From a virus, in the IMG/VR virus record IMGVR_UViG_3300008116_000011, positions 64,001 to 128,000 of that record: 64,000 nucleotides of DNA; one strand, given 5' to 3'. Positions 29,581-38,371 of the stretch are shown here, in pieces. Each line of letters starts with the position of its first letter. Within the stretch, counting starts at the first letter, position 1. The notes below the pieces were generated by a model. That model searched no databases, was not told the DNA's origin, and saw nothing but the letters and a program-made list of their open reading frames with translations. The position numbers and the translations under genes are program-made.

Positions 29581-30308
29581 TATCTATAACCTTCCATTCC
29601 TAATTTAAGCATTTCAAGTACCTCAGCTTTAGCTGTTCTAGTATGATCAGCAAATACACCTGATACCTCACTTGTAACCATTGATGCTCCAAAATGTTTT
29701 ACTCCTCTACAACTAACACAGTTGTGGAATGAATGTACTACTACCATTACACCAATGTTATCTTCACAAATAGTATCTACAGCATTGTGTATTGCAACTG
29801 TAAGTTGTTCTTGAATAGCACCTCTACGAGCAAAATGCTCTACAATACGATTTAATTTACTTAAACCTACTACTTTACCATCTTTACCAGGTACATAAGC
29901 AACGTGTGCTTTACCTAAAATTGCTTGGTGGTGGTGAGAACACATTGATACAATTGGAATATCTCTTTCAAGTACAATACCTGTGTAACCATCAGAAGGG
30001 AATGCTGTGATGTCTGTAGGTAACTCATAACGACCTTTCCATAGGTCATTAACGTATGCTTTAGCTACACGGCGAGGTGTTTCCATACTATTTGGATCAT
30101 TTCTCCAATCAACACCCAATGCATCTAAAAATTCACCGTATGCTTTTTCAGCTTGATCAATTATTGCTGTTTTCTCATCTGAATTCAGTGAACGATGATT
30201 ACCAGCATCAATTAATGATTTTAATTGAAGTGACATTCCGTTTGCAAAGCCGGGTTGTGCTGTTTCTAAAGATTCAACTTGTGTAACTTTTCGTCTTTTA
30301 TTTTCCAT
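29580..30308 (-). CDS. folE: GTP cyclohydrolase I
   Basis: ETPRRVAK, CSHH, GLSKLNR, QEQLT, HNCVSCRG. Confidence 0.95.
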   Translation of the reverse strand: MENKRRKVTQVESLETAQPGFANGMSLQLKSLIDAGNHRSLNSDEKTAIIDQAEKAYGEFLDALGVDWRNDPNSMETPRRVAKAYVNDLWKGRYELPTDITAFPSDGYTGIVLERDIPIVSMCSHHHQAILGKAHVAYVPGKDGKVVGLSKLNRIVEHFARRGAIQEQLTVAIHNAVDTICEDNIGVMVVVHSFHNCVSCRGVKHFGASMVTSEVSGVFADHTRTAKAEVLEMLKLGMEGYR

Positions 30309-30328
30309 TTACATAACTATTTTATAAT

Positions 30329-30359
30329 TAAATATACGACCAAATATTTGGTTTTCAAA
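30329..30359 (-). promoter_or_regulatory. Bacteroidota-type promoter for the folE-PRTase-GT block
   Basis: TTTG-N19-TATATTTA. Confidence 0.7.
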
Positions 30360-30360
30360 A

Positions 30361-31248
30361 TTAAATACTAAATTTTTCAAGTAATATTCTAATTTCATTA
30401 GGTATAAGTTCTAATCCTCTCTGTTTTTCTAAAATCCATCCTTTAAAACTATCATAGTCCTCCCAATCTTTTCTATGATCTTCTGGTGAGAATGGGTATA
30501 GTTGTTTAGTGTAGTTATTTTCTTCATACAGAGAATCAAAACAAACATCTCTTAAATGTAATAACTTTATATTAGGTTCCACGGGTATTTTATTATCCTT
30601 ATGTAAATGAAGATGTCTACCGGGCCCCCAATTTATGTTTTTTTGTACTATAATAGGTTTATCGCAAAAGAATGAATTACGTACCCAATAAGAACGTTGC
30701 ATGTATATAGGAGCATTCCATCCTAGTTTTTCCTCATATATGTTTTGGACAATATCATACCCTTCAGGAATAATGTATTCAAAGTCTGTTTCTAATATTT
30801 GGTGAATATTTTCTCCCACTAACAATTCATCTGAATCTAGAAATATAAATTTATATTTTTTATGTATTAATTGAGATTTAATTCTATTAATTACATAAGG
30901 AGTTTCAGATATAAGTAATTTATATATGTTTAAATTTTCTCTGTAAGGGATAAGACATTCATACGGGCAATGAAATATAATAGGAACATTTAAATCAACC
31001 ATGTGCTCTAACAACCCATTAATTTCTTTATTAAACTCATTCTTATTTACTATTTTATTTTTTGTAATAGTTAATACAAATAAATTAGTAAATCCTTGAC
31101 TAATTAAATATTCTTTTAATTCCTCATTGTCTTTTGAGAAATTTATAAATATAAATTGGTTTTTATTAAATACCTGAGTATGGTATTCTACCCATTTTTT
31201 AAAATAATTACTAGGACGTCTGTCTAGAAGCGTTGATATTCGAAACAT
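30361..31248 (-). CDS. GT2-like glycosyltransferase
   Basis: WVEYH, FLDSDELL, KP, W.PG.H. Confidence 0.6.
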   Translation of the reverse strand: MFRISTLLDRRPSNYFKKWVEYHTQVFNKNQFIFINFSKDNEELKEYLISQGFTNLFVLTITKNKIVNKNEFNKEINGLLEHMVDLNVPIIFHCPYECLIPYRENLNIYKLLISETPYVINRIKSQLIHKKYKFIFLDSDELLVGENIHQILETDFEYIIPEGYDIVQNIYEEKLGWNAPIYMQRSYWVRNSFFCDKPIIVQKNINWGPGRHLHLHKDNKIPVEPNIKLLHLRDVCFDSLYEENNYTKQLYPFSPEDHRKDWEDYDSFKGWILEKQRGLELIPNEIRILLEKFSI

Positions 31249-31554
31249 TTATTTATCATCCTTATTTTTTTCTTTAGTTCCAAAATAATAACTAAAGATC
31301 ATTAGTACTAGTGTTTTAATTAGATCAAATAATTCTTCATTTTGTTCTGGAGATATTAAGTTAATTTTCCAAGCTATAGTTTTATCAACGATAAATAAAG
31401 CAACTAAGGCTGTAAATATCATTAATATGAATCTAACTAATATTTCTTGGGTTCCTTGTGCAAATAATTTATATACAAAATAAACAGATCCCATTATAAA
31501 TCCTAAGGCCATAATTATCCCTAGGACCATTGTTAGCCCACCTTCTGAAAACAT
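31249..31554 (-). CDS. 3-TM membrane protein, holin candidate
   Basis: Three hydrophobic segments, YYFG and a charged tail; adjacent to the endolysin. Confidence 0.5.
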   Translation of the reverse strand: MFSEGGLTMVLGIIMALGFIMGSVYFVYKLFAQGTQEILVRFILMIFTALVALFIVDKTIAWKINLISPEQNEELFDLIKTLVLMIFSYYFGTKEKNKDDK

Positions 31555-31560
31555 ATGGTA

Positions 31561-32160
31561 TTATTTTAGTAAGTCGTAATATTCCTTAAAATGTTTCTTA
31601 CGATCTTCTAAACCAATAGTTCCACCGTTTACAAGTTTTGTAACTTTAGTTACTGTATCGTCTCCGGCTCCTAAATCTGCGGTTGCATTAATTTTTCTGC
31701 TGTTCCAATACCAAGCAGCTGATAGTAATGGATATTTAGTTGCAACTAAATCAGGATTTTCAAGAATATTTTCTGTTACTACAGCATCAAATGCTTTATA
31801 ATTATCTTTTCCAGTTAATTGAATATAACCACGTCCTCTAAATTTCCAACCCTCTTTTGTAGCTTCAACACCATTACCCATTCTACCACCATATACTTTA
31901 GAAGCAATTAATTCCGGTTTTCTTTCATATTGTTTTGCTAGTGCTTCAGTTGGGAAATATTTTTTAAAAGTAGTCATCAATCCTTTTGCTCCGTAATTTA
32001 GATTCTCATTTACAAGCTTAAAGCCACCTGATTCGTGACCACATTGAGATAAGAAATGAGAAAGGCGAAGTGGAGTGTTAATTTGAAATTTTTCCATTAC
32101 TCCAGGAATTTGTCCTATTACTGTGTCAGGGATGTGTCCTTTTAATTTATTTAAGTCCAT
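31561..32160 (-). CDS. GH19 chitinase-like endolysin
   Basis: HFLSQCGHESGGF, ENLNY, FRGRGYIQLTGKDNY, VNGG..GL.DR. Confidence 0.92.
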   Translation of the reverse strand: MDLNKLKGHIPDTVIGQIPGVMEKFQINTPLRLSHFLSQCGHESGGFKLVNENLNYGAKGLMTTFKKYFPTEALAKQYERKPELIASKVYGGRMGNGVEATKEGWKFRGRGYIQLTGKDNYKAFDAVVTENILENPDLVATKYPLLSAAWYWNSRKINATADLGAGDDTVTKVTKLVNGGTIGLEDRKKHFKEYYDLLK

Positions 32161-32180
32161 AGCTTATTTTGTTATAAATA

Positions 32181-32573
32181 TTAATTTCCAGTAGTATCTG
32201 TTTTTTCAGTAATTATACTATCGGATTTAATAGTTGTGTTTGTTTTTTCTTTGCCCCAGAAGTTCTTTTTAGTTTCAATATAAACAGTATCTATTTTATA
32301 TACAATCTTTTCAGTGGCTATTGTTTGTTTACTTAATACTTCTTTATATTTTTCAACTTCAGTATTCAAATAGCTAATTTCTTTAACTATTTTAACTACT
32401 TGTTCTTTAGCAGCTGAATCTGATTGATTGTATACTATAACTGCTGTGTCGAAATGTTTTTGGCTGTTTTCAAGTATATTATCTGCTTCTGTTATTTTTT
32501 CATCTACAACTTCATATCCTTCATCTTTGCAACTGAATAGAAACAAAGCAGATAACAATAACAATTTTTTCAT
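32181..32573 (-). CDS. lipoprotein, o-spanin candidate
   Basis: Signal peptide MKKLLLLSALFLFS-C with lipobox-like Cys. Confidence 0.55.
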   Translation of the reverse strand: MKKLLLLSALFLFSCKDEGYEVVDEKITEADNILENSQKHFDTAVIVYNQSDSAAKEQVVKIVKEISYLNTEVEKYKEVLSKQTIATEKIVYKIDTVYIETKKNFWGKEKTNTTIKSDSIITEKTDTTGN

Positions 32574-32575
32574 AA

Positions 32576-32842
32576 TTATTTAATTTTACCCAGTTCTTGT
32601 AATAATGTAATCTTAGAAACAGCAGCAGCTAAAGCACTGTCTGATTTACGAAGTTGATTTGTTAACATATCAACTTTAGTTTCTAATACTACAATTTTAG
32701 CATCTTGTTTAGCCACAATAGAGCTATTTGACATTTTAATATCAACATAAAGATATCCAATTGCAACTAATACAATGAATAATAATCCTTTAACTGGGTC
32801 TTTGGAAAATTCCTTAAATGTAATAGGGGTTTTTACAGGCAT
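32576..32842 (-). CDS. TM + coiled-coil protein, i-spanin candidate
   Basis: Single N-terminal TM then a heptad helix; directly upstream of the lipoprotein. Confidence 0.5.
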   Translation of the reverse strand: MPVKTPITFKEFSKDPVKGLLFIVLVAIGYLYVDIKMSNSSIVAKQDAKIVVLETKVDMLTNQLRKSDSALAAAVSKITLLQELGKIK

Positions 32843-32862
32843 TTTATTTTGGTTTTTATAAG

Positions 32863-33132
32863 TTAATGAACAGCTATACTATCCACAACCTCAATAGGTA
32901 AAGTATCTACAGGAGAAATAATGCTATCTACAGGAACGGATACGCTATCAACAAAAGCATTACTAATATAATCGATTACTACATCTAATTTAACAGCATC
33001 TTCGGCTATATATCCTTTTTGAACAGCAAATACATAAGCAGCAATTGCTACTACTGATAGGATAATTACAATTTTCTTTTTACCTTTTAATTTGTCTACT
33101 AATGGGAATAATTTACTTAATATGTTTTTCAT
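32863..33132 (-). CDS. single-TM hypothetical protein
   Basis: Hydrophobic segment, VDS-rich tail. Confidence 0.5.
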   Translation of the reverse strand: MKNILSKLFPLVDKLKGKKKIVIILSVVAIAAYVFAVQKGYIAEDAVKLDVVIDYISNAFVDSVSVPVDSIISPVDTLPIEVVDSIAVH

Positions 33133-33238
33133 TTTCTAATTTTTTGATTACTTTAATATTTTGATCAATTAACTTACGATCTTTAATACCGTTTTTTCTT
33201 GATTTTCTTGGTTTAAAATTATTGTGTGACCTTGCCAT
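33113..33238 (-). CDS. 41-aa basic microprotein
   Basis: Not in the track. MARSHNNFKPRKSRKNGIKDRKLIDQNIKVIKKLENEKHIK; TAATG-coupled to the upstream ORF. Confidence 0.55.
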   Translation of the reverse strand: MARSHNNFKPRKSRKNGIKDRKLIDQNIKVIKKLENEKHIK

Positions 33239-33495
33239 TATAATGTTTCCTCCTCAGATCCTTGATCCTTTTTATTAATATATTTGTCAATAGATGCAAT
33301 ACCAAAGCATCCTAATGTTAACCATAAGAAGGCGTTGAATATAAAATCTTGTACTAGTAGTTCTTTACCCATTGAGCCGGTAATAATATCGGCAATCGCA
33401 AAGCCTACCATCATTAAAAAAGCTAAAAAACCAATGAAAGATTTTTCATTGATGTTGTTGTTATCACTAAATAGTGACTTGAAGAATTTTTTCAT
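33238..33495 (-). CDS. 2-TM membrane protein, holin candidate
   Basis: Two TM helices and a charged C-terminus; first gene of the lysis block. Confidence 0.5.
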   Translation of the reverse strand: MKKFFKSLFSDNNNINEKSFIGFLAFLMMVGFAIADIITGSMGKELLVQDFIFNAFLWLTLGCFGIASIDKYINKKDQGSEEETL

Positions 33496-33512
33496 ATATA
33501 TATGATAATTAA

Positions 33513-33551
33513 GGGGTTATCGGCGATAAATAGGACACGCGCGATAACCCC
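33513..33551 (-). promoter_or_regulatory. GC-rich hairpin with TATTTAT in the loop
   Basis: Perfect 10-bp inverted repeat GGGGTTATCG/CGATAACCCC; loop contains TATTTAT (33526-33532, minus strand). Confidence 0.6.
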
Positions 33552-33573
33552 CTGCGGTATATATGTAGTAATT

Positions 33574-34593
33574 TTAATCTATAAACGCCTGCTGTATTAA
33601 TTTTTTAGCTGTTTCGTAATCTGTATTATAAATTTTGCGGCGGCGTGTTTCTGCTTTAGTAATTTCTAATTCATCTAATAGATTATAAAAATCTTTTAGT
33701 GATTTTTGTGTTACGTTTAGTTTCTGAGTAGATACTGCTGATTTAAGTTTTGTAGCATTCATTAAAGTATCATTCTTTTTCTTTTTACCCTTAACAAATA
33801 TAATACTGAGTAGTGTTAAGGATTCTTCAAGTTGCTTGTATTTTGGAGTACCAAATAAATCTTTTGTTTCAGTATATGCTCCTAATGTATAATATCCTCT
33901 AAATCCAACGCCTACTAATACTACAATTTCTAGAAAAAATGTTAAAAATACAAGTAACTTATTGTTTTCTTTATTTTTATTAACTTGTGTTTGTACAGTT
34001 AATCCCGTCTTATTTTCAACACTTGCTAGTTTTTGGTCTTTAGTTGTTTGTAGTACAGCTACAATTGAATCTCTATATTTTCTATCTGCTCTAGTACGTG
34101 CAGGTTGGTTACGATAAAAGTCAATTTCCTTATCATAATATTTTGCAATTGAATCAGCCTTAGTAGATACTGTTTGGTCTACTGTGGTAGCAATTTGTGT
34201 ACTTCTATCTATCCAACGATGGGATCCATTTAAAGATAAATAAAATGAACCTACTGTTAGCATAACTACGGCTAAAGCACCACCAATTAATCCAGGTGTT
34301 GCTTTTTTCTGTTTAAATAATCCAGTAATAAACTGTTCAAATGCGAATCGTTTAAATAATTCGTATCCGGTCATGATTAAAACAGCAAATATAAGGAATA
34401 TTGTTGCTTTAATACCAGCTAGATCAGGAATCGAGTTAACTACATCGGCAAAGAAGTAGTATGAAAAATAAATAATCGCTATGTTACCAAGGAATGAAAA
34501 CCAATACAAGGTTTTATCCAAGGTACCGAAATTCAATTCAAAACTGTTTGTTTCTAGCTGCTTTTCGAGTTTTTTATATTTAGAAAAATCCAT
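33574..34593 (-). CDS. multi-TM membrane protein with coiled coil
   Basis: About 4 TM segments. Start moved to the ATG at 34593 (MDFSKY) because a TATTTATA promoter motif lies at 34604-34611. Confidence 0.6.
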   Translation of the reverse strand: MDFSKYKKLEKQLETNSFELNFGTLDKTLYWFSFLGNIAIIYFSYYFFADVVNSIPDLAGIKATIFLIFAVLIMTGYELFKRFAFEQFITGLFKQKKATPGLIGGALAVVMLTVGSFYLSLNGSHRWIDRSTQIATTVDQTVSTKADSIAKYYDKEIDFYRNQPARTRADRKYRDSIVAVLQTTKDQKLASVENKTGLTVQTQVNKNKENNKLLVFLTFFLEIVVLVGVGFRGYYTLGAYTETKDLFGTPKYKQLEESLTLLSIIFVKGKKKKNDTLMNATKLKSAVSTQKLNVTQKSLKDFYNLLDELEITKAETRRRKIYNTDYETAKKLIQQAFID

Positions 34594-34613
34594 TCGTTTT
34601 ATATATAAATATA

Positions 34614-34904
34614 CTACATTCCTAAGCTTTCCCAATATTTTCGCCTAACCAACTCTCCTAAATCAGCGTCATTAGGAGTATTGAATATTTCTTCATGGGA
34701 TACAGTTATTAATGTTGTTCTGCGTTTCATAATATTAGAAACAGAATATTGATCCTCATATTGATCCTCTATAGTTTCTACCCCTGTATAACATGAATAG
34801 CATAATTGTCCTGCGCCTTCAACATAGCCTATTCTGTAATCAATATGTGTTTCAAAATCATAAGCGGTTTCTTTACCGCACATAATACAAGTGTCTTTTG
34901 CCAT
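34614..34904 (-). CDS. zinc-finger hypothetical protein
   Basis: CIMC...YVEGAGQLCYSC. Confidence 0.6.
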   Translation of the reverse strand: MAKDTCIMCGKETAYDFETHIDYRIGYVEGAGQLCYSCYTGVETIEDQYEDQYSVSNIMKRRTTLITVSHEEIFNTPNDADLGELVRRKYWESLGM

Positions 34905-34915
34905 AACTTATTTTT

Positions 34916-35257
34916 TTATTTCCAAAATATTTGTACTAAAATTATCAGGGTTCCTAAACCTAAACAAACAAGTGTTTTAAGAGTTATAGGTTCTTTAAAT
35001 AAAAAGTAAGACATTAATGCAAATGTAATTATACCAACAGCAAATCCAATCAATCGACTAGGCCATATTTCACCATTATACGCAATGACAAAATGTTTTA
35101 CAGATGCCATAAATAAAAGTGATATAGGAGCACCTCCAATAACTGCTACTAATATAGGATGGTTTTTTACCCAATCATATTTCATTTGTCCTTGCAATTG
35201 GATAAATGTAATTACTTGAGCTATAAAACCATATATAATTCCTTTAAGTATGTCCAC
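34916..35257 (-). CDS. small 4-TM DMT/SMR-like membrane protein
   Basis: 113 aa, 4 TMs, LFKEPITLK pattern; GTG start. Confidence 0.5.
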   Translation of the reverse strand: MDILKGIIYGFIAQVITFIQLQGQMKYDWVKNHPILVAVIGGAPISLLFMASVKHFVIAYNGEIWPSRLIGFAVGIITFALMSYFLFKEPITLKTLVCLGLGTLIILVQIFWK

Positions 35258-35260
35258 AAC

Positions 35261-35956
35261 TTATTTTTTAATATATGCTGTAGGGCACATATAATTTAGT
35301 GTTTTTATTTCTAGATTTTTTTCTTGAATAAATTTATCTACACCTTTAGATTCACTCCAACTGTGATATCCATACTCATCAAACACTATTATTCCTCCTT
35401 TTGTAACATTATCCCACATATTACTTAAAGCATCATAAGTAGGCTCAGCAATATCTAAATCCATATACAATAGAGATATTTTAAATCCAGGATATTCAGA
35501 TACAAACTTTTTACTTGTAAGTGAAATATCTCCTTCTACTAAAAGAAAATCTGAGGTACTGAATCCATCTTGTAAGAGTTTATTTTGGAATTGTTCTTTA
35601 AAGGATGAATCATGGTTAAAACTTCTTCCTTCAAATAAAGTATTCATTGTTTCTTTATCTGTTGAATTTTGAATAGAAGAAAGTAAACCATCAGTATTAA
35701 AGAAATCAAACCCAATAACTTTTTTAGCTGAATTAGGGTTGTATATATTTTTTAGTTTAAGAAATGTATACATTCCTGTTCCTTTAAATACTCCACACTC
35801 TACTATATCTCCAGGAATATCTTTAACCTCATTATATAGTAATGTTCTAGCAACTAATTTATTAAAAACCCTTCTATCATTACTTAAAATAAAATTATTA
35901 AAGTTATCAAATAGACTTTGAGGATTTTGTGTTAATTCTATCTTATTTAAATCCAT
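35261..35956 (-). CDS. TylF/MycF-family sugar O-methyltransferase
   Basis: GDIVECGVFKG, GFDFF, YMDLD..EPT, GGIIVFDEY. Confidence 0.85.
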   Translation of the reverse strand: MDLNKIELTQNPQSLFDNFNNFILSNDRRVFNKLVARTLLYNEVKDIPGDIVECGVFKGTGMYTFLKLKNIYNPNSAKKVIGFDFFNTDGLLSSIQNSTDKETMNTLFEGRSFNHDSSFKEQFQNKLLQDGFSTSDFLLVEGDISLTSKKFVSEYPGFKISLLYMDLDIAEPTYDALSNMWDNVTKGGIIVFDEYGYHSWSESKGVDKFIQEKNLEIKTLNYMCPTAYIKK

Positions 35957-37326
35957 TATTTTTTATTTTCAATAAAGTAACGAAGATCTTCTGGGGTTCC
36001 CAAACCCCACATTTTGTCTATATGGAATATTTTTATATGCTTTCCATTAGCTATTGCTTCGTTAAATGTAGGACATATATAAAATTCATTATTTGTCCTA
36101 ATATTTTTAGATATCATCTGTTCAGCAGAATTAACATAATCAGAACCCTTAGCCCAATAATATATACCAACAGTTGCTATATCAGATATAGGATTTTTTT
36201 CTGCTACTTCAATTACATGACCATATTCATCAACCTTAGCAAATGACCATTTAGGGTGTGTAGCGGTAAATGTAAGTATACCTCCATCAGCTCCTGTTTC
36301 TTGCATCTTGTACATAAATTCATTCGAATCCCATTCTACAAATTGATCAGAATTTGCCATTAATAAAGGAGAATCATTGTTGATATATTCTTTAGCTAAC
36401 AATGTAGTAACAGCTGATCCTTCCGTAACACCATTTACTTCTACTATTTTACATCCTGGTGTTATTAGGTTAAGTAATGTATCTAGGTTATATTTTTCGC
36501 GGTGTGATTTTTGTACAAGGTAAATATAATTAGCATCTATATTTAGATTTTCAATTACTACTTGGATCATTGGTTTTCCTTTAACCTCAATAAGTGGTTT
36601 TGGGAATGTGTATCCTGCTTGTTCAAATCTAGAACCAGCACCAGCCATTGGAATTAAAACATTTAATTTTTCATCTTTCCATTTTGGTATTGCCATATCT
36701 TTACCATTTTCTATTTCCATTAATTTTAAAATAATTCTAGTGTAAGTAACATCTTGAGGATTTTTTACTCGCATTACATTAGCACAACTTCTATGTGCTG
36801 CAAGCAAGCCATAAGGGCTATCTTCAATAATTAATGTTTCTTCAGGTAGTACTCCTAAACCACTCATTGCTTTCCAATACATCTCAGGATGTGGTTTACT
36901 ATTTTTTACGTCTTCATTCGATAAAATCAAATCAACAAATTCAGTAAGACCTAGTTTAGATAATACTGTTAATACTGTTTTACGAACACTATTAGAACAT
37001 ACAGCTATTTTATATCCATCTTCAGACAAAGCACTAAATACCGATTGTAATGTTAAATTTGGTTTTAATTGCTTTAAAGCCTCAATAGTTAAATATTGTT
37101 TTTTATGCCAAATATCATCATAAAATTTAGGATGTAATCCTTTATTTTTAGTAAGTAACTCTAACTTTTGAGTTGTTTTTAAACCATCATATATTGAAAG
37201 ATGTTCTGCTTCTGTAATTATATATTGCTCTCCAATTTCTTTAAGAGCTTGATTTAATGTATCAAAGTGTATCTGTTTGGCCTCAACCAAAACACCATCC
37301 ATATCAAATATGATTAATTTTACCAT
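35956..37326 (-). CDS. HAD phosphatase fused to a nucleotidyltransferase-like domain
   Basis: FDMDGV, KPHP, EDS; IPMAGAGSRF, PKPLI, NSDQ, EKNP, LGTPED. Confidence 0.85.
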   Translation of the reverse strand: MVKLIIFDMDGVLVEAKQIHFDTLNQALKEIGEQYIITEAEHLSIYDGLKTTQKLELLTKNKGLHPKFYDDIWHKKQYLTIEALKQLKPNLTLQSVFSALSEDGYKIAVCSNSVRKTVLTVLSKLGLTEFVDLILSNEDVKNSKPHPEMYWKAMSGLGVLPEETLIIEDSPYGLLAAHRSCANVMRVKNPQDVTYTRIILKLMEIENGKDMAIPKWKDEKLNVLIPMAGAGSRFEQAGYTFPKPLIEVKGKPMIQVVIENLNIDANYIYLVQKSHREKYNLDTLLNLITPGCKIVEVNGVTEGSAVTTLLAKEYINNDSPLLMANSDQFVEWDSNEFMYKMQETGADGGILTFTATHPKWSFAKVDEYGHVIEVAEKNPISDIATVGIYYWAKGSDYVNSAEQMISKNIRTNNEFYICPTFNEAIANGKHIKIFHIDKMWGLGTPEDLRYFIENKK

Positions 37327-38147
37327 ATAAAAAGACTTTTATCAAACCCAATATACTTATTATATTCGGGATTATTAAGTAAATTATTTTCTTTAATAAG
37401 TTGTTTTACAAATGTATCCCCATGAGTTCCTGTTAGAGTTTCATGGCCATTCAAATCCATTAAAAATGCACCATGGCGTATTATTTCTTTATACCCTATA
37501 ATAAAATATTCTGCAGGGTATGCTAAATCATAGATATAGTATTTAGTGCATATTATTTTATAGTGATTCTTATTAGCTATTTCTGAGCAATCTAGTTCAT
37601 GAGGATTTATATCAGGGTTGTCTTGTAATAATTGTGTTAGTGATGATTTTTTCCATATACATGGTTGGATACTAAAAGCATGCCTGTAATTAGGATCCAT
37701 GTGGTGGAATATATTATTTTCAAATCCGTATTTGCTATAATCGATATTAAATAAAGGTCTATTATATTGATTAGCGTATGATGAAGCAAATGAGAATAAA
37801 TCTATGTTTTCATCATTCATTAATTTAACAAGATTATTTAGCCCTGTTATATCTATAGGATCTGTTAGAATATAGTCTTCGCAAAAATAGAATATATAAT
37901 CTTCTTTAATTTGAGGAAGTACATTGTTTAATGTTTTTGAGAAATGACCCCCAATAGAATCAAATTCTACATCCCCTGCTAAGTATTTTACTCTATCTAA
38001 ATATGGTAGATCGAATATTGTAAATTTGTTAGCTACAACATATATTGGTAAATTAAAATTTGGATTATGTTTAAAAAAATAATCTAAAAATAATCGTAGT
38101 ATGGGCAAATTAGTTTCATTAGTATAAACTACTATAGCTAAATTCAT
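37320..38147 (-). CDS. putative GT-A glycosyltransferase
   Basis: YIFYFCEDY, QPCIWKK; context. Confidence 0.45.
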   Translation of the reverse strand: MNLAIVVYTNETNLPILRLFLDYFFKHNPNFNLPIYVVANKFTIFDLPYLDRVKYLAGDVEFDSIGGHFSKTLNNVLPQIKEDYIFYFCEDYILTDPIDITGLNNLVKLMNDENIDLFSFASSYANQYNRPLFNIDYSKYGFENNIFHHMDPNYRHAFSIQPCIWKKSSLTQLLQDNPDINPHELDCSEIANKNHYKIICTKYYIYDLAYPAEYFIIGYKEIIRHGAFLMDLNGHETLTGTHGDTFVKQLIKENNLLNNPEYNKYIGFDKSLFIW

Positions 38148-38371
38148 AAAACATCTTTATCAAATATAACTATTATTTCTCCTGGGTTATGTGCAGGGAT
38201 ATTATATTCAAAGTTATATTTAGTCAAAACTTCACTTACTATTTTCTTCATAAATTCAGAATATCCAGTAATTATTCTTAAAGGTAGTTGTTTTGAATTA
38301 AGTAATACAAAATTTTCTACCACACCCCATACTTGATGATGATATAAACCATGTAAATCTAATTCTTTCAT
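38144..38371 (-). CDS. stand-alone Smr-domain protein
   Basis: LDLHG, IITG, NPG. Confidence 0.75.
   Translation of the reverse strand: MKELDLHGLYHHQVWGVVENFVLLNSKQLPLRIITGYSEFMKKIVSEVLTKYNFEYNIPAHNPGEIIVIFDKDVL

Noticed and set aside
34594-34635. Track start at 34635 for the membrane protein
   Set aside because: The extension overlaps the upstream gene and contains the promoter motif; the ATG at 34593 fits better.
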